Positions 46,780 through 61,800 of a stretch of 64,000 nt of DNA are shown in pieces. Position 1 is the stretch's first letter. The number at the start of each line of letters is the position of its first letter. Below the pieces are notes generated by a model. The model was not told the origin of the DNA and did not search any database. It saw nothing but the letters and a program-made list of their open reading frames with translations. The position numbers and the translations under genes are program-made. The stretch comes from Eledone cirrhosa (lineage: Eukaryota): the NCBI GenBank assembly GCA_964016885.1, contig OZ024743.1:129952001-130016000 (forward strand). The letters run 5' to 3'.

Positions 46780-47170
46780 CACCAAGCACCAAACACCAAA
46801 CACCAAGCATCAAGCACCAAACAGCAAACAGCAAGCACCAAGCACCAAACACCAAGCACCAAGCCCCAAGCACCAAACACCAAACACCAAGCACCAAACA
46901 CCAAACACCAAGCACCAAGCACCAAACACCAAGCACCAAACACCAAGCACCAAGCGCCAAACACCAAACACCAAGCACCAAACACCAAACACCAAGCATC
47001 AAGCACCAAACAGCAAACAGCAAGCACCAAGCACCAAACACCAAGCACCAAGCCCCAAGCACCAAACACCAAACACCAAGCACCAAACACCAAACACCAA
47101 GCACCAAGCACCAAACACCAAGCACCAAACACCAAGCACCAAGCGCCAAACACCAAACACCAAGCACCAA
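46780..47170 (+). repeat. Local tandem duplication, 189 bp (27 units)
   Basis: CATCAAG-CACCAAA-CAGCAAA-CAGCAAG at 46808 and 46997; ORF ends at 46810 and 46999. Confidence 0.85.
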
Positions 47171-49869
47171 GCACCAAACACTAAGCACCAAGCACCAAAC
47201 ACCAAACACCAAGCACCAAGCACCAAATACCAAGCACCAAGCACTAAACACGAAACACCAAGCACCAAGCATCAAGCACCAAGCACCAAAACCCAAGCAC
47301 CAAGCACCAAACACCAAACACAAAACACAAAGTAACAAGCACCAAACACCAAACACCAAACACCAAGCACCAAGCACCAAGCACCAAACACCAAACACCA
47401 AACACCAAGAACCAAGCACCAAACACCAAGTACCAAGCACCAAGCACCAAACATCAAGCATCAAGAACCAAGCACCAAACACAAAGCACCAAGCACCAAG
47501 CACCAAACACCTAGCACCAAGCACCAAACACCAAGCACCAAGCACCAAGCACCAAACACCAAGAACCAAGCACCAAGCACCAAGCACCAAATACCAAACA
47601 CCAAGCACGAAGCACCACACATCAAACACCAAACACCACACACCAAACACCAAACAGCAAACACCAAACACCAAACAGCAAACACCAAACACCAAACACC
47701 AAACACCAAGCACCAAGCACCAAACACCAAACAGCAAGCACCAAGCACCAAGCACCAAGCACCAAGCACCAAACACCAAGCACCAAGCACCAAACAACAA
47801 GAACCAAGCACCAACAACCAAACACCAATCACCAAGCACCAAACACCAATCACCAAGCACCAAGCACCAATCACCAAACACCAAAAACCAAGCACCAAGC
47901 ACCAAGTACCAAACACCAAATGCCAAACACCAAACACCAAGCACCAAGCACCAAGCACCAAGCACCAAACACCAAACACCAAACACCAATCACCAAACAC
48001 CAAACACCAAGCACCAAGCACCAAACACCAAGCACCAAGCCCCAAGCACCAAACACCAAACACCAAGCACCAAACACCAAACACCAAGCACCAATCACCA
48101 AACACCAAGCACCAAACACCAAGCACCAAGCGCCAAACACCAAACACCAAGCACCAAGCACCAAAGACCAAGCTCCAAGCACCAATCACCAAACACCAAG
48201 CTTCAAGCACCAAACACCAAACACCAAGCACCAAGCACCAAACACCAAACACCAAGTACCAAGCACCAAGCGCCAAACACCAAGCACCAAGCACCAAGCA
48301 CCAAGCACCAAACACCAAACACCAAACAGCAAACAGCAAACACCAAACAGCAAACAGCAAACACCAAACACCAAACATCAAATACAAAACACCAAACAGC
48401 AAACACCAAACAGCAAACACCAAACACCAAACAGCTAACACCAGACAACAAACAGAAATTGCCAAACATCAAACGACAAATACCAAACGCCAAGCACCAA
48501 GCACCAAGCACCAAGCACAAAGCACCAAGCACCAAACACCAAGCACCACGCACCAAACACCAAATACCTAGCACCAAGAACCAAACACCAAGCACCAAGC
48601 ACCAAACACCAAGCACCAAGCACCAAGCACCAAATACCAAACACCAAGCACCAAGCACCACACATCAAACACCAAGCACCAAGCACCAAACACCAAACAC
48701 CAAAGACCAGGCACCAAGCACCAATCACCAAGCACCAATTACCAAGGAACAAACAGCAAGCACCAAGCACCAAACAACAAACACAAACAGCAAACAGCAA
48801 ACAGCAAACACCAAACACCAAACAGCAAACACCAAACACCAAACAGCAAACACCAAAAACCAAACAGCAAACAGCAAACAGCAAACACCAAACAGCAAAC
48901 ACCAAGCACCAAGAACCAAACACCAAGCACCAAGCATCAAACACCAAACACCAAGCACCAAGTACAAACACCAAGCACCAAACACCAAGCACCAGATACC
49001 AAGCACCAAGCACCAAGCACCAAGCACCAAACACCAAACACCTAGCACCAAGTACCAAACACCAAACACCAAGCACCAAGCACCAAGCACCAAGCACCAA
49101 ATACCAAACACCAAACACCAATCACCAAACAGCAAACACCAAACACCAAACAGCAAACAGCAAACACCAAACACCAAACAGCAAACACCAAACACCAAAC
49201 AGCAAACACCAAAAACCAAACAGCAAACACCAAACAGCAAACACCAAACAGCAAACAGCAAACACCAAACACCAAACACCAAACACCAAGCACCAAACAC
49301 CAAGCACCAAGCAACAAGCACCAATCACCAAGCACCAAGCACCAAACACCAAACACCAAGCACCAAGCACCAAACACCAAACACCAAACACCGAGAACCA
49401 AAGACCAATCACCAAGCACCAAACACCAAACACTAAACACCAAACACCAAGCACCAAACACCAAAAACCAAGCACCAAGCACAAAGCACCTAGCACCAAA
49501 CACCAAACGCCAAACACCAAACAACAAGCACCAAGCACCAAACACCAAGCACCAAGCACCAAACACCAAGCACCCAGCACCAAACACCAAACACCAAACA
49601 CCAAGCACCAAGTACAAAGCACCAAGCACCAAGCACCAAACACAACGCACCAAGCACCAAACACCAAGCACCAAGCACCAAGCACCAAACACCAAGCACC
49701 CAGCACCAAACACCAAACACCAAACACCAAGCACCAAGTACAAAGCACCAAGCACCAAGCACCAAACACAACGCACCAAGCACCAAACACCAAGCACCAA
49801 GCACCAAGCACCAAGCACCAAGCACCAAACACCAAGCACCAAGCACCAAACACCAAACACCAAGCACCA

Positions 49870-52800
49870 AGCACTAAACACCGAACACCACACAGCAAAC
49901 ATCAAACAGCAAACACCAAGCACCAAACACCAAACACCAAGCACCAAGCACTAAACACCAAACACCAAGCACCAAACACCAAGCACCAAGCACCAAACAC
50001 CAAATAGCAAACACCAAGCACCAAACACCAAGCACCAAGCACCAAGCACCAAACACCAAGCACCCAGCACCAAACACCAAACACCAAACACCAAGCACCA
50101 AGTACAAAGCACCAAGCACCAAGCACCAAACACAACGCACCAAGCACCAAGCACCAAGCACCAAGCACCAAGCACCAAACACCAAGCACCAAGCACCAAA
50201 CACCAAACACCACACAGCAAACACCAAACAGCAAACACCAAACTGCAAACACCAAACACAAAATAGCAAATACCAAACAGCAAACACCAAACACCAAAGA
50301 GCAAACACCAAACACCAAACACCAAGCACCAAACACCAAACACCAAACACAAAACAGCAAGCACCAAGCACCAAGCACCAAACACCAGACACCAAGCCCC
50401 AAGCACCAAACACCAAACACCAAGCACCAAGCACCAAGCACCAAGCACCAAACACCAAACACCAAGCACCAAACACCAAACACGAAGCACCAAGCACCAA
50501 ACACCAAACACCAAGCACGAAGCACCAATCATCAAGCACCAAGCACCAAACACCAAGCACCAGGCACCAGACACCAAACACCAAACACCAAGCACCAAAC
50601 ACCAAACACCAAACACCAAGCACCAAGCACCAAGCACCAAACACCAAGCACCAAGTACCAAGCACCAAACAACAAGCACCAAGCACCAAGCACCAAGCAC
50701 CAATCACCAAGCACCAAACACCAAACAATAAGCACCAAGCACAAAGCACCAATCACCAAGCAGCAAGGACCAAACACCAAGCACCAAACACCAAGCACCA
50801 AGGACCAAGCACCAAACACCAAGCACCAAGCACCAAGCACCAAACACCAAGCACCAAGCACCAAGCACCAAGCACCAAAGACCAAGCACCAACCATCAAG
50901 TACCAAAGACCAAGCACCAAACACCAAACACCAAGCACCAAGCACCAAACACCAAGCACCAAGCGCCAAACACCAAACACCTAGCACCAAGCACCAAACA
51001 CCAAGCACCAAGCACCAATCACCAAACACCAAGCACCAAGCACCAAACACCAAACACCAAGCACCAAGCACCAAACACCAAACACCAAGCACCAAGTACC
51101 AAACACCAAACACCAAGCACCAAGTAACAAGCACCAAGCACCAAACACCAAGCACCAAGCAGCAAGCACCAAACACCAATCACCAAACATCAAACACCAA
51201 ACAGCAAACAGAAAACACCAAACGGCAAACGCCAAACAGCAAACACCAAACATCAAACACAAAACACCAAATAGCAAGCAGCAAACACCAAACAGCAAAC
51301 AGAAAATGCCAAACATCAAACGAGAAACACCAAATGCCAAGCACCAAGCACCAAACACCAAACACCAAACACCAAGCACCAAGCACCAAGCACCAAATAC
51401 CAAACACCAAGCACCAAGCACCAAACACCAAACACCAAGCACCAAACACCTAACAACAAGCACCAAGCACCAAACACCAAACACCAAGCACCAAGCACCA
51501 AGCACCAAACACCAAGACCAAACACCAAGCACCAAGCACCATACACCAAACACCAAGCACCAAGCACCAAACACCAAGCACCAAGCACCAAACACCAAGC
51601 ACCAAGCACCAAGCACCAAACAACAAGCACCAAGCACCAAACACCATTCACCAAGCACCAAACACCAAACACCAAGCACCAAGCACAAATCACCAAGCAC
51701 CAAGCAGCAAGCACCAAGCTCCAAGCACTAAACACCAAACAGCAAGCACCAAGCAGCAAGCACCAAACACCAAGCACCAAACACCAAGCACCAAACACCA
51801 AGAACCAAGCACCAAGCCACAAACACCAAGCATCAAGCGCCAAAGACCAAACAACAAGCACCAAGCACCAATCACCAAACACCAAGCACCAAGCACCAAA
51901 CACCAAACAACAAGCACCAAGCACCACACACCAAATACCAAGCACCAAGCACTAAACATCAAACACCAAGCACCAAGCCCTAAACACCAAACACCAAGCA
52001 CCAAGCACCAAACACAAAGCACCAAGCACCAAGCACCAAGTACCAAACACCAAGCACCAAGCACCAAACAGCAAGCATCAAGCACCAAAGAGCAAATACC
52101 AAGCACCAAGCAGCAAGCACCAAACAGCAAACACCAACCACCAAGCACCAAACACCAAACACCAAGCACCAAGCACTAAACACCAAACACCAAGCACCAA
52201 GCACCAAACACAAAGCACCAAGCACCAAGCACCAAGTACCAAACACCAAGCACCAAGCACCAAACAGCAAGCATCAAGCACCAAAGAGCAAACACCAAGC
52301 ACCAAGCAGCAAGCACCAAACACCAAGCACCAAGCACTAAACACCAAACACCAAGCACCAAGCTCCAAACACAAAGCACCAAGCACCAAGCACCAAGCAC
52401 CAAGCACCAAGAACCAAACACCAAGCACCAAGCACCAAACACCAAACACCAAGCACCAAGCACCAAACACCAAGCACCAAGCACCAAGCACCAAGCACCA
52501 AGCACCAAACACCAAGCACCAAGCACCAAACACCAAACACCAAGCACCAAGCACTAAACACCGAACACCACACAGCAAACATCAAACAGCAAACACCAAG
52601 CACCAAACACCAAACACCAAGCACCAAGCACTAAACACCAAACACCAAGCACCAAACACCAAGCACCAAGCACCAAACACCAAATAGCAAACACCAAGCA
52701 CCAAACACCAAGCACCAAGCACCAAGCACCAAACACCAAGCACCCAGCACCAAACACCAAACACCAAACACCAAGCACCAAGTACAAAGCACCAAGCACC

Positions 52801-55800
52801 AAGCACCAAACACAACGCCCCAAGCACCAAGCACCAAGCACCAAGCACCAAGCACCAAGCACCAAACACCAAGCACCAAGCACCAAACACCAAACACCAA
52901 GCACCAAGCACTAAACACCGAACACCACACAGCAAACATCAAACAGCAAACACCAAGCACCAAACACCAAACACCAAGCACCAAGCACTAAACACCAAAC
53001 ACCAAGCACCAAACACCAAGCACCAAGCACCAAACACCAAATAGCAAACACCAAGCACCAAACACCAAGCACCAAGCACCAAGCACCAAACACCAAGCAC
53101 CCAGCACCAAACACCAAACACCAAACACCAAGCACCAAGTACAAAGCACCAAGCACCAAGCACCAAACACAACGCACCAAGCACCAAGCACCAAGCACCA
53201 AGCACCAAGCACCAAACACCAAGCACCAAGCACCAAACACCAAACACCACACAGCAAACACCAAACAGCAAACACCAAACTGCAAACACCAAACACAAAA
53301 TAGCAAATACCAAACAGCAAACACCAAACACCAAACAGCAAACACCAAACACCAAACACCAAGCACCAAACACCAAACACCAAACACAAAACAGCAAGCA
53401 CCAAGCACCAAGCACCAAACACCAGACACCAAGCCCCAAGCACCAAACACCAAACACCAAGCACCAAGCACCAAGCACCAAGCACCAAACACCAAGCACC
53501 AAGCACCAAACACCAAACACCAAGCACGAAGCACCAATCAGCAAGCACCAAGCACCAAACACCAAGCACCAGGCACCAGACACCAAACACCAAACACCAA
53601 GCACCAAACACCAAACACCAAACACCAAGCACCAAGCACCAAGCACCAAACACCAAGCACCAAGCACCAAGCACCAAACAACAAGCACCAAGCACCAAGC
53701 ACCAAGCACCAATCACCAAGCACCAAACACCAAACAATAAGCACCAAGCACAAAGCACCAATCACCAAGCAGCAAGGACCAAACACCAAGCACCAAACAC
53801 CAAGCACCAAGGACCAAGCACCAAACACCAAGCACCAAGCACCAAGCACCAAACACCAAGCACCAAGCACCAAGCACCAAGCACCAAAGACCAAGCACCA
53901 ACCATCAAGTACCAAAGACCAAGCACCAAACACCAAACACCAAGCACCAAGCACCAAACACCAAGCACCAAGCGCCAAACACCAAACACCTAGCACCAAG
54001 CACCAAACACCAAGCACCAAGCACCAATCACCAAACACCAAGCACCAAGCACCAAACACCAAACACCAAGCACCAAGCACCAAACACCAAACACCAAGCA
54101 CCAAGTACCAAACACCAAACACCAAGCACCAAGTAACAAGCACCAAGCACCAAACACCAAGCACCAAGCAGCAAGCACCAAACACCAATCACCAAACATC
54201 AAACACCAAACAGCAAACAGAAAACACCAAACGGCAAACGCCGAACAGCAAACACCAAACATCAAACACAAAACACCAAATAGCAAGCAGCAAACACCAA
54301 ACAGCAAACAGAAAATGCCAAACATCAAACGAGAAACACCAAATGCCAAGCACCAAGCACCAAACACCAAACACCAAACACCAAGCACCAAGCACCAAGC
54401 ACCAAATACCAAACACCAAGCACCAAGCACCAAACACCAAACACCAAGCACCAAACACCTAACAACAAGCACCAAGCACCAAACACCAAACACCAAGCAC
54501 CAAGCACCAAGCACCAAACACCAAGACCAAACACCAAGCACCAAGCACCATACACCAAACACCAAGCACCAAACACCAAGCACCAAGCACCAAACACCAA
54601 GCACCAAGCACCAAGCACCAAACAACAAGCACCAAGCACCAAACACCATTCACCAAGCACCAAACACCAAACACCAAGCACCAAGCACAAATCACCAAGC
54701 ACCAAGCAGCAAGCACCAAGCTCCAAGCACTAAACACCAAACAGCAAGCACCAAGCAGCAAGCACCAAACACCAAGCACCAAACACCAAGCACCAAACAC
54801 CAAGAACCAAGCACCAAGCCACAAACACCAAGCATCAAGCGCCAAAGACCAAACAACAAGCACCAAGCACCAATCACCAAACACCAAGCACCAAGCACCA
54901 AACACCAAACAACAAGCACCAAGCACCACACACCAAATACCAAGCACCAAGCACTAAACATCAAACACCAAGCACCAAGCACCAAGCACCAAGCACCAAA
55001 CACCAAGCACCAAGCACCAAGCACCAAACACCAAACATAAAACACCAAGTACCAAGCACCAAACACGAAACACCAAACACCAAGCACCAAACACCAAACA
55101 CCTAGCACCAAGCACCAAACAACAAGCACCAAGCACACAGCACCAAACACCAAGCACCAACCACCAAGCACCAAATACCAAACACCAAGCACCAAGCACC
55201 ACACATCAAACACCAAGCACCAATCACCAAGCACCAAGCACCAACCACCAAACACCAAGCACCAAGCACCAAACACCAAGCACCAAGCACCAAAGAAAAA
55301 AACCAAGCACCAAGCACCGAACACCAAACACCAAACACCACACAGCAAACACCAAACAGCAAACACCAAAAAGCAAACACCAAACACCAAATAGCAAACA
55401 CCAAACAGCAAACAGCAAACAGCAAACACCAAGCACCAAGCACCAAACACCAAGCACCAAACACCAAACACCAAGCATCAAGCACCAAACAGCAAACACC
55501 AAGCACCAAGCACCCAACACCAAGCACCAAGATCCAAGCACCAAACACAAAGCAGCAAACACCAAACACCAAGCACCAAGCACCAAACACCAAGCACCAA
55601 ACACCAAACACCAAGCATCAAGCACCAAACAGCAAACACCAAGCACCAAGCACCAAATACCAAACACCAAGCACCAAGCATCAAACACCAAACACCAAGC
55701 ACCAAGCACTAAACACCAAACACCAAGCACCAAGCACCAAAGACAAAACACCAAGCACCAAGCACCAAGCACCAAGCACCAAGCACCAAGCACCAAACAC

Positions 55801-58800
55801 CAAGCACCCAGCACCAAACACCAAACACCAAGCACCAAGTACAAAGCACCAAGCACCAAGCAGCAAGCACCAAGCACCAAACACCAAACACCAAGCACCA
55901 AGCACCAAGAACCAATCACCAAGCACCAAACACCAAACACCAAGCACCAAGGACCAAACACCAAGCACCAAGCACCAAGCACCAAGCACCAAACACCAAG
56001 CACCAAGCACCAAACACCAAGCATCAAGCACCAAACAGCAAACACCAACCACCAAGCACCAAGCACTAAATACCAAACACCAAGCACCAAGCACCAAACA
56101 CCAAGCACCAAGCACCAAGCACCAAACAACAAGCACCAAGCACCAAGCACCAAACACGGATCACCAAGCACCAAACACCAAACACCAAGCACCAAGCACA
56201 AAGCAGCAATCACCAAGCAGCAAGGACCAAACACCAAGCACCAAACACCAAGCACCAAGGACCAAGCACCAAACACCAAGCACCAAGCACCAAGCACCAA
56301 ACACCAAGCACCAAGCACCAAGCACCAAGCACCAAAGACCAAGCACCAACCATCAAGTACCAAAGACCAAGCACCAAACACCAAACACCAAGCACCAAGC
56401 ACCAAACACCAAGCACCAAGCGCCAAACACCAAACACCTAGCACCAAGCACCAAACACCAAGCACCAAGCACCAATCACCAAACACCAAGCACCAAGCAC
56501 CAAACACCAAACACCAAGCACCAAGCACCAAACACCAAACACCAAGCACCAAGTACCAAACACCAAACACCAAGCACCAAGTAACAAGCACCAAGCACCA
56601 AACACCAAGCACCAAGCAGCAAGCACCAAACACCAATCACCAAACAGCAAACACCAAACAGCAAACAGAAAACACCAAACGGCAAACGCCAAACAGCAAA
56701 CACCAAACATCAAACACAAAACACCAAATAGCAAGCAGCAAACACCAAACAGCAAACAGAAAAAGCCAAACATCAAACGAGAAACACCAAACGCCAAGCA
56801 CCAAGCACCAAACACCAAACACCAAGCACCAAGCACCAAGCACCAAATACCAAACACCAAGCACCAAGCACCAAACACCAAACACCAAGCACCAAACACC
56901 TAACAACAAGCACCAAGCACCAAACACCAAACACCAAGCACCAAGCACCAAGCACCAAACACCAAGCACCAAGCACCAAGCACCAAGCACCATACACCAA
57001 ACACCAAGCACCAAGCACCAAACACCAAGCACCAAGCACCAAACACCAAGCACCAAGCACCAAGCACCAAACAACAAGCACCAAGCACCAAACACCATTC
57101 ACCAAGCACCAAACACCAAACACCAAGCACCAAGCACAAATCACCAAGCACCAAGCAGCAAGCACCAAGCTCCAAGCACTAAACACCAAACAGCAAGCAC
57201 CAAGCAGCAAGCACCAAACACCAAGCACCAAACACCAAGCACCAATCACCAAGAACCAAGCACCAAGCACCAAACACCAAGCATCAAGCGCCAAAGACCA
57301 AACAACAAGAACCAAGCACCAATCACCAAACACCAAACAACAAGCACCAAGCACCACACACCAAATACCAAGCACCAAGCACTAAACATCAAACACCAAG
57401 CACCAAGCACCAAGCACCAAGCACCAAACACCAAGCACCAAGCACCAAGCACCAAACACCTAGCACCAAGCACCAAACAACAAGCACCAAGCACACAGCA
57501 CCAAACACCAAGCACCAACCACCAAGCACCAAATACCAAACACCAAGCACCAAGCACCACACATCAAACACCAAGCACCAATAACCAAACACCAAACACC
57601 AGGCACCAAACACCAAGCACCAATCACCAAGCACCAAGCACCAACCACCAAACACCAAGCACCAAGCACCAAACACCAAGCACCAAGCACCAAAGAGAAA
57701 AAACCAAGCACCAAGCACCGAACACCAAACACCAAACACCACACAGCAAACACCAAACAGCAAACACCAAACAGCAAACACCAAACACCAAATAGCAAAC
57801 ACCAAACAGCAAACAGCAAACAGCAAACACCAAGCACCAAGCACCAAACACCAAGCACCAAACACCAAACACCAAGCATCAAGCACCAAACAGCAAACAC
57901 CAAGCACCAAGCACCAAACACCAAACACCAAGCACCAAGCATCAAACACCAAACACCAAGCACCAAGCACTAAACACCAAACACCAAGCACCAAGCACCA
58001 AACACAAAACACCAAGCACCAAGCACCAAGCACCAAGCACCAAGCACCAAGCACCAAACACCAAGCACCCAGCACCGAACACCAAACACCAAGCACCAAG
58101 TACAAAGCACCAAGCACCAAGCAGCAAGCACCAAGCACCAAACACCAAACACCAAGCACCAAGCACCAAGAACCAATCACCAAGCACCAAACACCAAACA
58201 CCAAGCACCAAGCACCAAACACCAAGCACCAAGTGCCAAACACCAAGCACCAAACACCAAACACCAAGCACCAAGCACCAAACACCAAGCACCAAGCACC
58301 AAACACCAAACACCAAGCACCAAGGACCAAACACCAAGCACCAAGCACCAAGCACCAAGCACCAAACACCAAGCACCAAGCACCAAACACCAAGCATCAA
58401 GCACCAAACAGCAAACACCAACCACCAAGCACCAAACACCAAACACCAAGCACCAAGCACTAAACACCAAACACCAAGCACCAAGCACCAAACACCAAGC
58501 ACCAAGCACCAAACACCAAGCACCAAGCACCAAGCACCAAGCACCAAGCACCAAACACCAAGCACCAAGCACCAAACACCAAACACCAAGCACCAAGCAC
58601 TAAACACCAAACACCACACAGCAAACACCAAACAGCAAACACCAATCTGCAAACACCAAACACCAAATAGCAAACCCCAAACAGCAAACACCAAACACCA
58701 AACAGCAAACACCAAACACCAAACACCAAGCACCAAACACCAAACACCAAACACAAAACACCAAGCACCAAGCACCAAGCACCAAACACCAAACACCAAG

Positions 58801-61800
58801 CACCAAGCACCAAGCACCAAGCACCAAACACCAAACACCAAGCACCAAACACCAAACACCAAGCACCAAGCACCAAACACCAAACACCAAGCACCAAGCA
58901 CCAAACAGCAAGCACCAAGCACCAAGCACCAAGCACCAAACACCAAGCACCAAGCACCAAACACCAAGCACCAAGCGCCAGACACCAAACACCAAACACC
59001 AAGCACCAAACACCAAACACCAAGCACCAAGCACCAAACACCAAGCACCAAGCACCAAACACAAAGCACCAAGCCCCAAGCACCAAGTACCAAACACCAA
59101 GCACCAAGCACCAAACACCAAACACCACACAGCAAACACCAAACAGCAAACACCAAACTGCATACACCAAACACAAAATAGCAAACACCAAACAGCAAAA
59201 ACCAAACACCAAACAGCAAACACCAAACACCAAACACCAAGCACCAAACACCAAACACCAAACACAAAACAGCAAGCACCAAGCACCAAGCACCAAACAC
59301 CAGACACCAAGCCCCAAGCACCAAACACCAAACACCAAGCACCAAGCACCAAGCACCAAGCACCAAGCACCAAGCACCAAACACCAAACACCAAGCACCA
59401 AACACCAAACACCAAGCACGAAGCACCAAACACCAAACACCAAGCACCAAGCACGAAGCACCAAAGAGCAAGCACCAAGCACCAAACACCAAGCACCAAG
59501 CACCAGACACCAAACACCAAACACCAAGCACCAAACACCAAACACCAAACACCAAGCACAAAGCACCAATCACCAAGCAGCAAGGACCAAACACCAAGCA
59601 CCAAACACCAAGCACCAAGGACCAAGCACCAAACACCAAGCACCAAGCACCAAGCACCAAACACCAAGCACCAAGCACCAAACACCAAACACCAAACACC
59701 AAGCACCAAGCACAAAGCACCAATCACCAAGCAGCAAGGACCAAACACCAAGCACCAAGGACCAAGCACCAAACACCAAGCACCAAGCACCAAGCACCAA
59801 ACACCAAGCACCAAGCACCAAGCACCAAGCACCAAAGACCAAGCACCAACCATCAAGTACCAAAGACCAAGCACCAAACACCAAACACCAAGCACCAAGC
59901 ACCAAACACCAAGCACCAAGCGCCAAACACCAAACACCTAGCACCAAGCACCAAACACCAAGCACCAAGCACCAATCACCAAACACCAAGCACCAAGCAC
60001 CAAACACCAAACACCAAGCACCAAGCACCAAACACCAAACACCAAGCACCAATTAACAAGTACCAAGCACCAAACACCAAGCACCAAGCAGCAAGCACCA
60101 AACACCAATCACCAAACAGCAAACACCAAACAGCAAACAGAAAACACCAAACGGCAAACACCAAACAGCAAACACCAAACATCAAACACAAAACACCAAA
60201 TAGCAAACAGCAAACACCAAACAGCAAACAGAAAAAGCCAAACATCAAACGAGAAACACCAAACGCCAAGCACCAAGCACCAAACACCAAACACCAAGCA
60301 CCAAGCACCAAGCACCAAATACCAAACACCAAGGACCAAGCACCAAACACCAAACACCAAGCACCAAACACCTAACAACAAGCACCAAGCACCAAACACC
60401 AAACACCAAGCACCAAGCACCAAGCACCAAACACCAAGCACCAAGCACCAAGCACCAAGCACCATACACCAAACACCAAGCACCAAGCACCAAACACCAA
60501 GCACCAAGCAGCAAACACCAAGCACCAAGCACCAAGCACCAAACAACAAGCACCAAGCACCAAACACCATTCACCAAGCACCAAACACCAAACACCAAGC
60601 ACCAAGCACAAATCACCAAGCACCAAGCAGCAAGCACCAAGCTCCAAGCACCAAGCACCAAGCACCAAGCACCAAACACCAAGCACCAAGCACCAAACAC
60701 CAAATACCAAGCACCAAGTACAAAGCATCAAGCACCAAGCAGCAAGCTCCAAGCACTAAACACCAAACAGCAAGCACCAAGCAGCAACCACCAAACACCA
60801 AGCACCAAACACCAAGCACCAAACACCAAGAACCAAGCACCAAGCACCAAACACCAAGCATCAAGCGCCAAACACCAAACAACAAGCACCAAGCACCAAT
60901 CACCAAACACCAAGCACCAAGCACCAAACACCAAACAACAAGCACCAAGCACCACACACCAAATACCAAGCACCAAGCACTAAACATCAAACACCAAGCA
61001 CCAAGCACCAAGCACCAAGCACCAAACACCAAGCACCAAGCACCAAGCACCAAACACCAAACATAAAACACCAAGTACCAAGCACCAAACACGAAACACC
61101 AAACACCAAGCACCAAACACCAAACACCTAGCACCAAGCACCAAACAACAAGCACCAAGCACACAGCACCAAACACCAAGCACCAAGCACCAAGCACCAA
61201 ATACCAAACACCAAGCACCACACATCAAACACCAAGCACCAATAACCAAACACCAAACACCAGGCACCAAACACCAAGCACCAATCACCAAGCACCAAGC
61301 ACCAACCACCAAACACCAAGCACCAAGCACCAAACACCAAGCACCAAGCACCAAAGATAAAAAACCAAGCACCAAGCACCAAAGAGAAAACACCAAGCAC
61401 CAAGCACCAAACACCAAACACCAAACACCACACAGCAAACACCAAACAGCAAACACCAAACAGCAAACACCAAACACCAAATGGCAAACACCAAACAGCA
61501 AACAGCAAACAGCAAACACCAAACACCAAGCACCAAGCACCAAACACCAAGCACCAAACAGCAAACACCAAGCATCAAGCACCAAACAGCAAACACCAAG
61601 CACCAAGCACCAAACACCAAACACCAAGCACCAAGCATCAAACACCAAACACCAAGCACCAAGCACCAAACAGCAAACACCAAGCACCAAGCACCAAGCA
61701 CCAAGTCCCAAGCACCAAACACCAAACACCAAGCACCAAACACCAAACACCAAGCACCAAGCACCAAACACCAAGCACCAAACACCAAACACCAAGCATC

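Noticed and set aside
44990-47989. 999-aa minus strand ORF and all other LVLGAWC/LVFGVWC ORFs, as membrane proteins
   Set aside because: These are antisense translations of the same repeat. They overlap in three frames, and their starts are mostly GTG/TTG codons that occur in every unit.
3113-60270. Landmark motif as a CRISPR direct repeat or a CENP-B box
   Set aside because: Spacing is irregular and 0.4-4.8 kb, the intervening DNA is satellite rather than unique spacers, and there are no cas genes. It does not match the CENP-B box YTTCGTTGGAARCGGGA.
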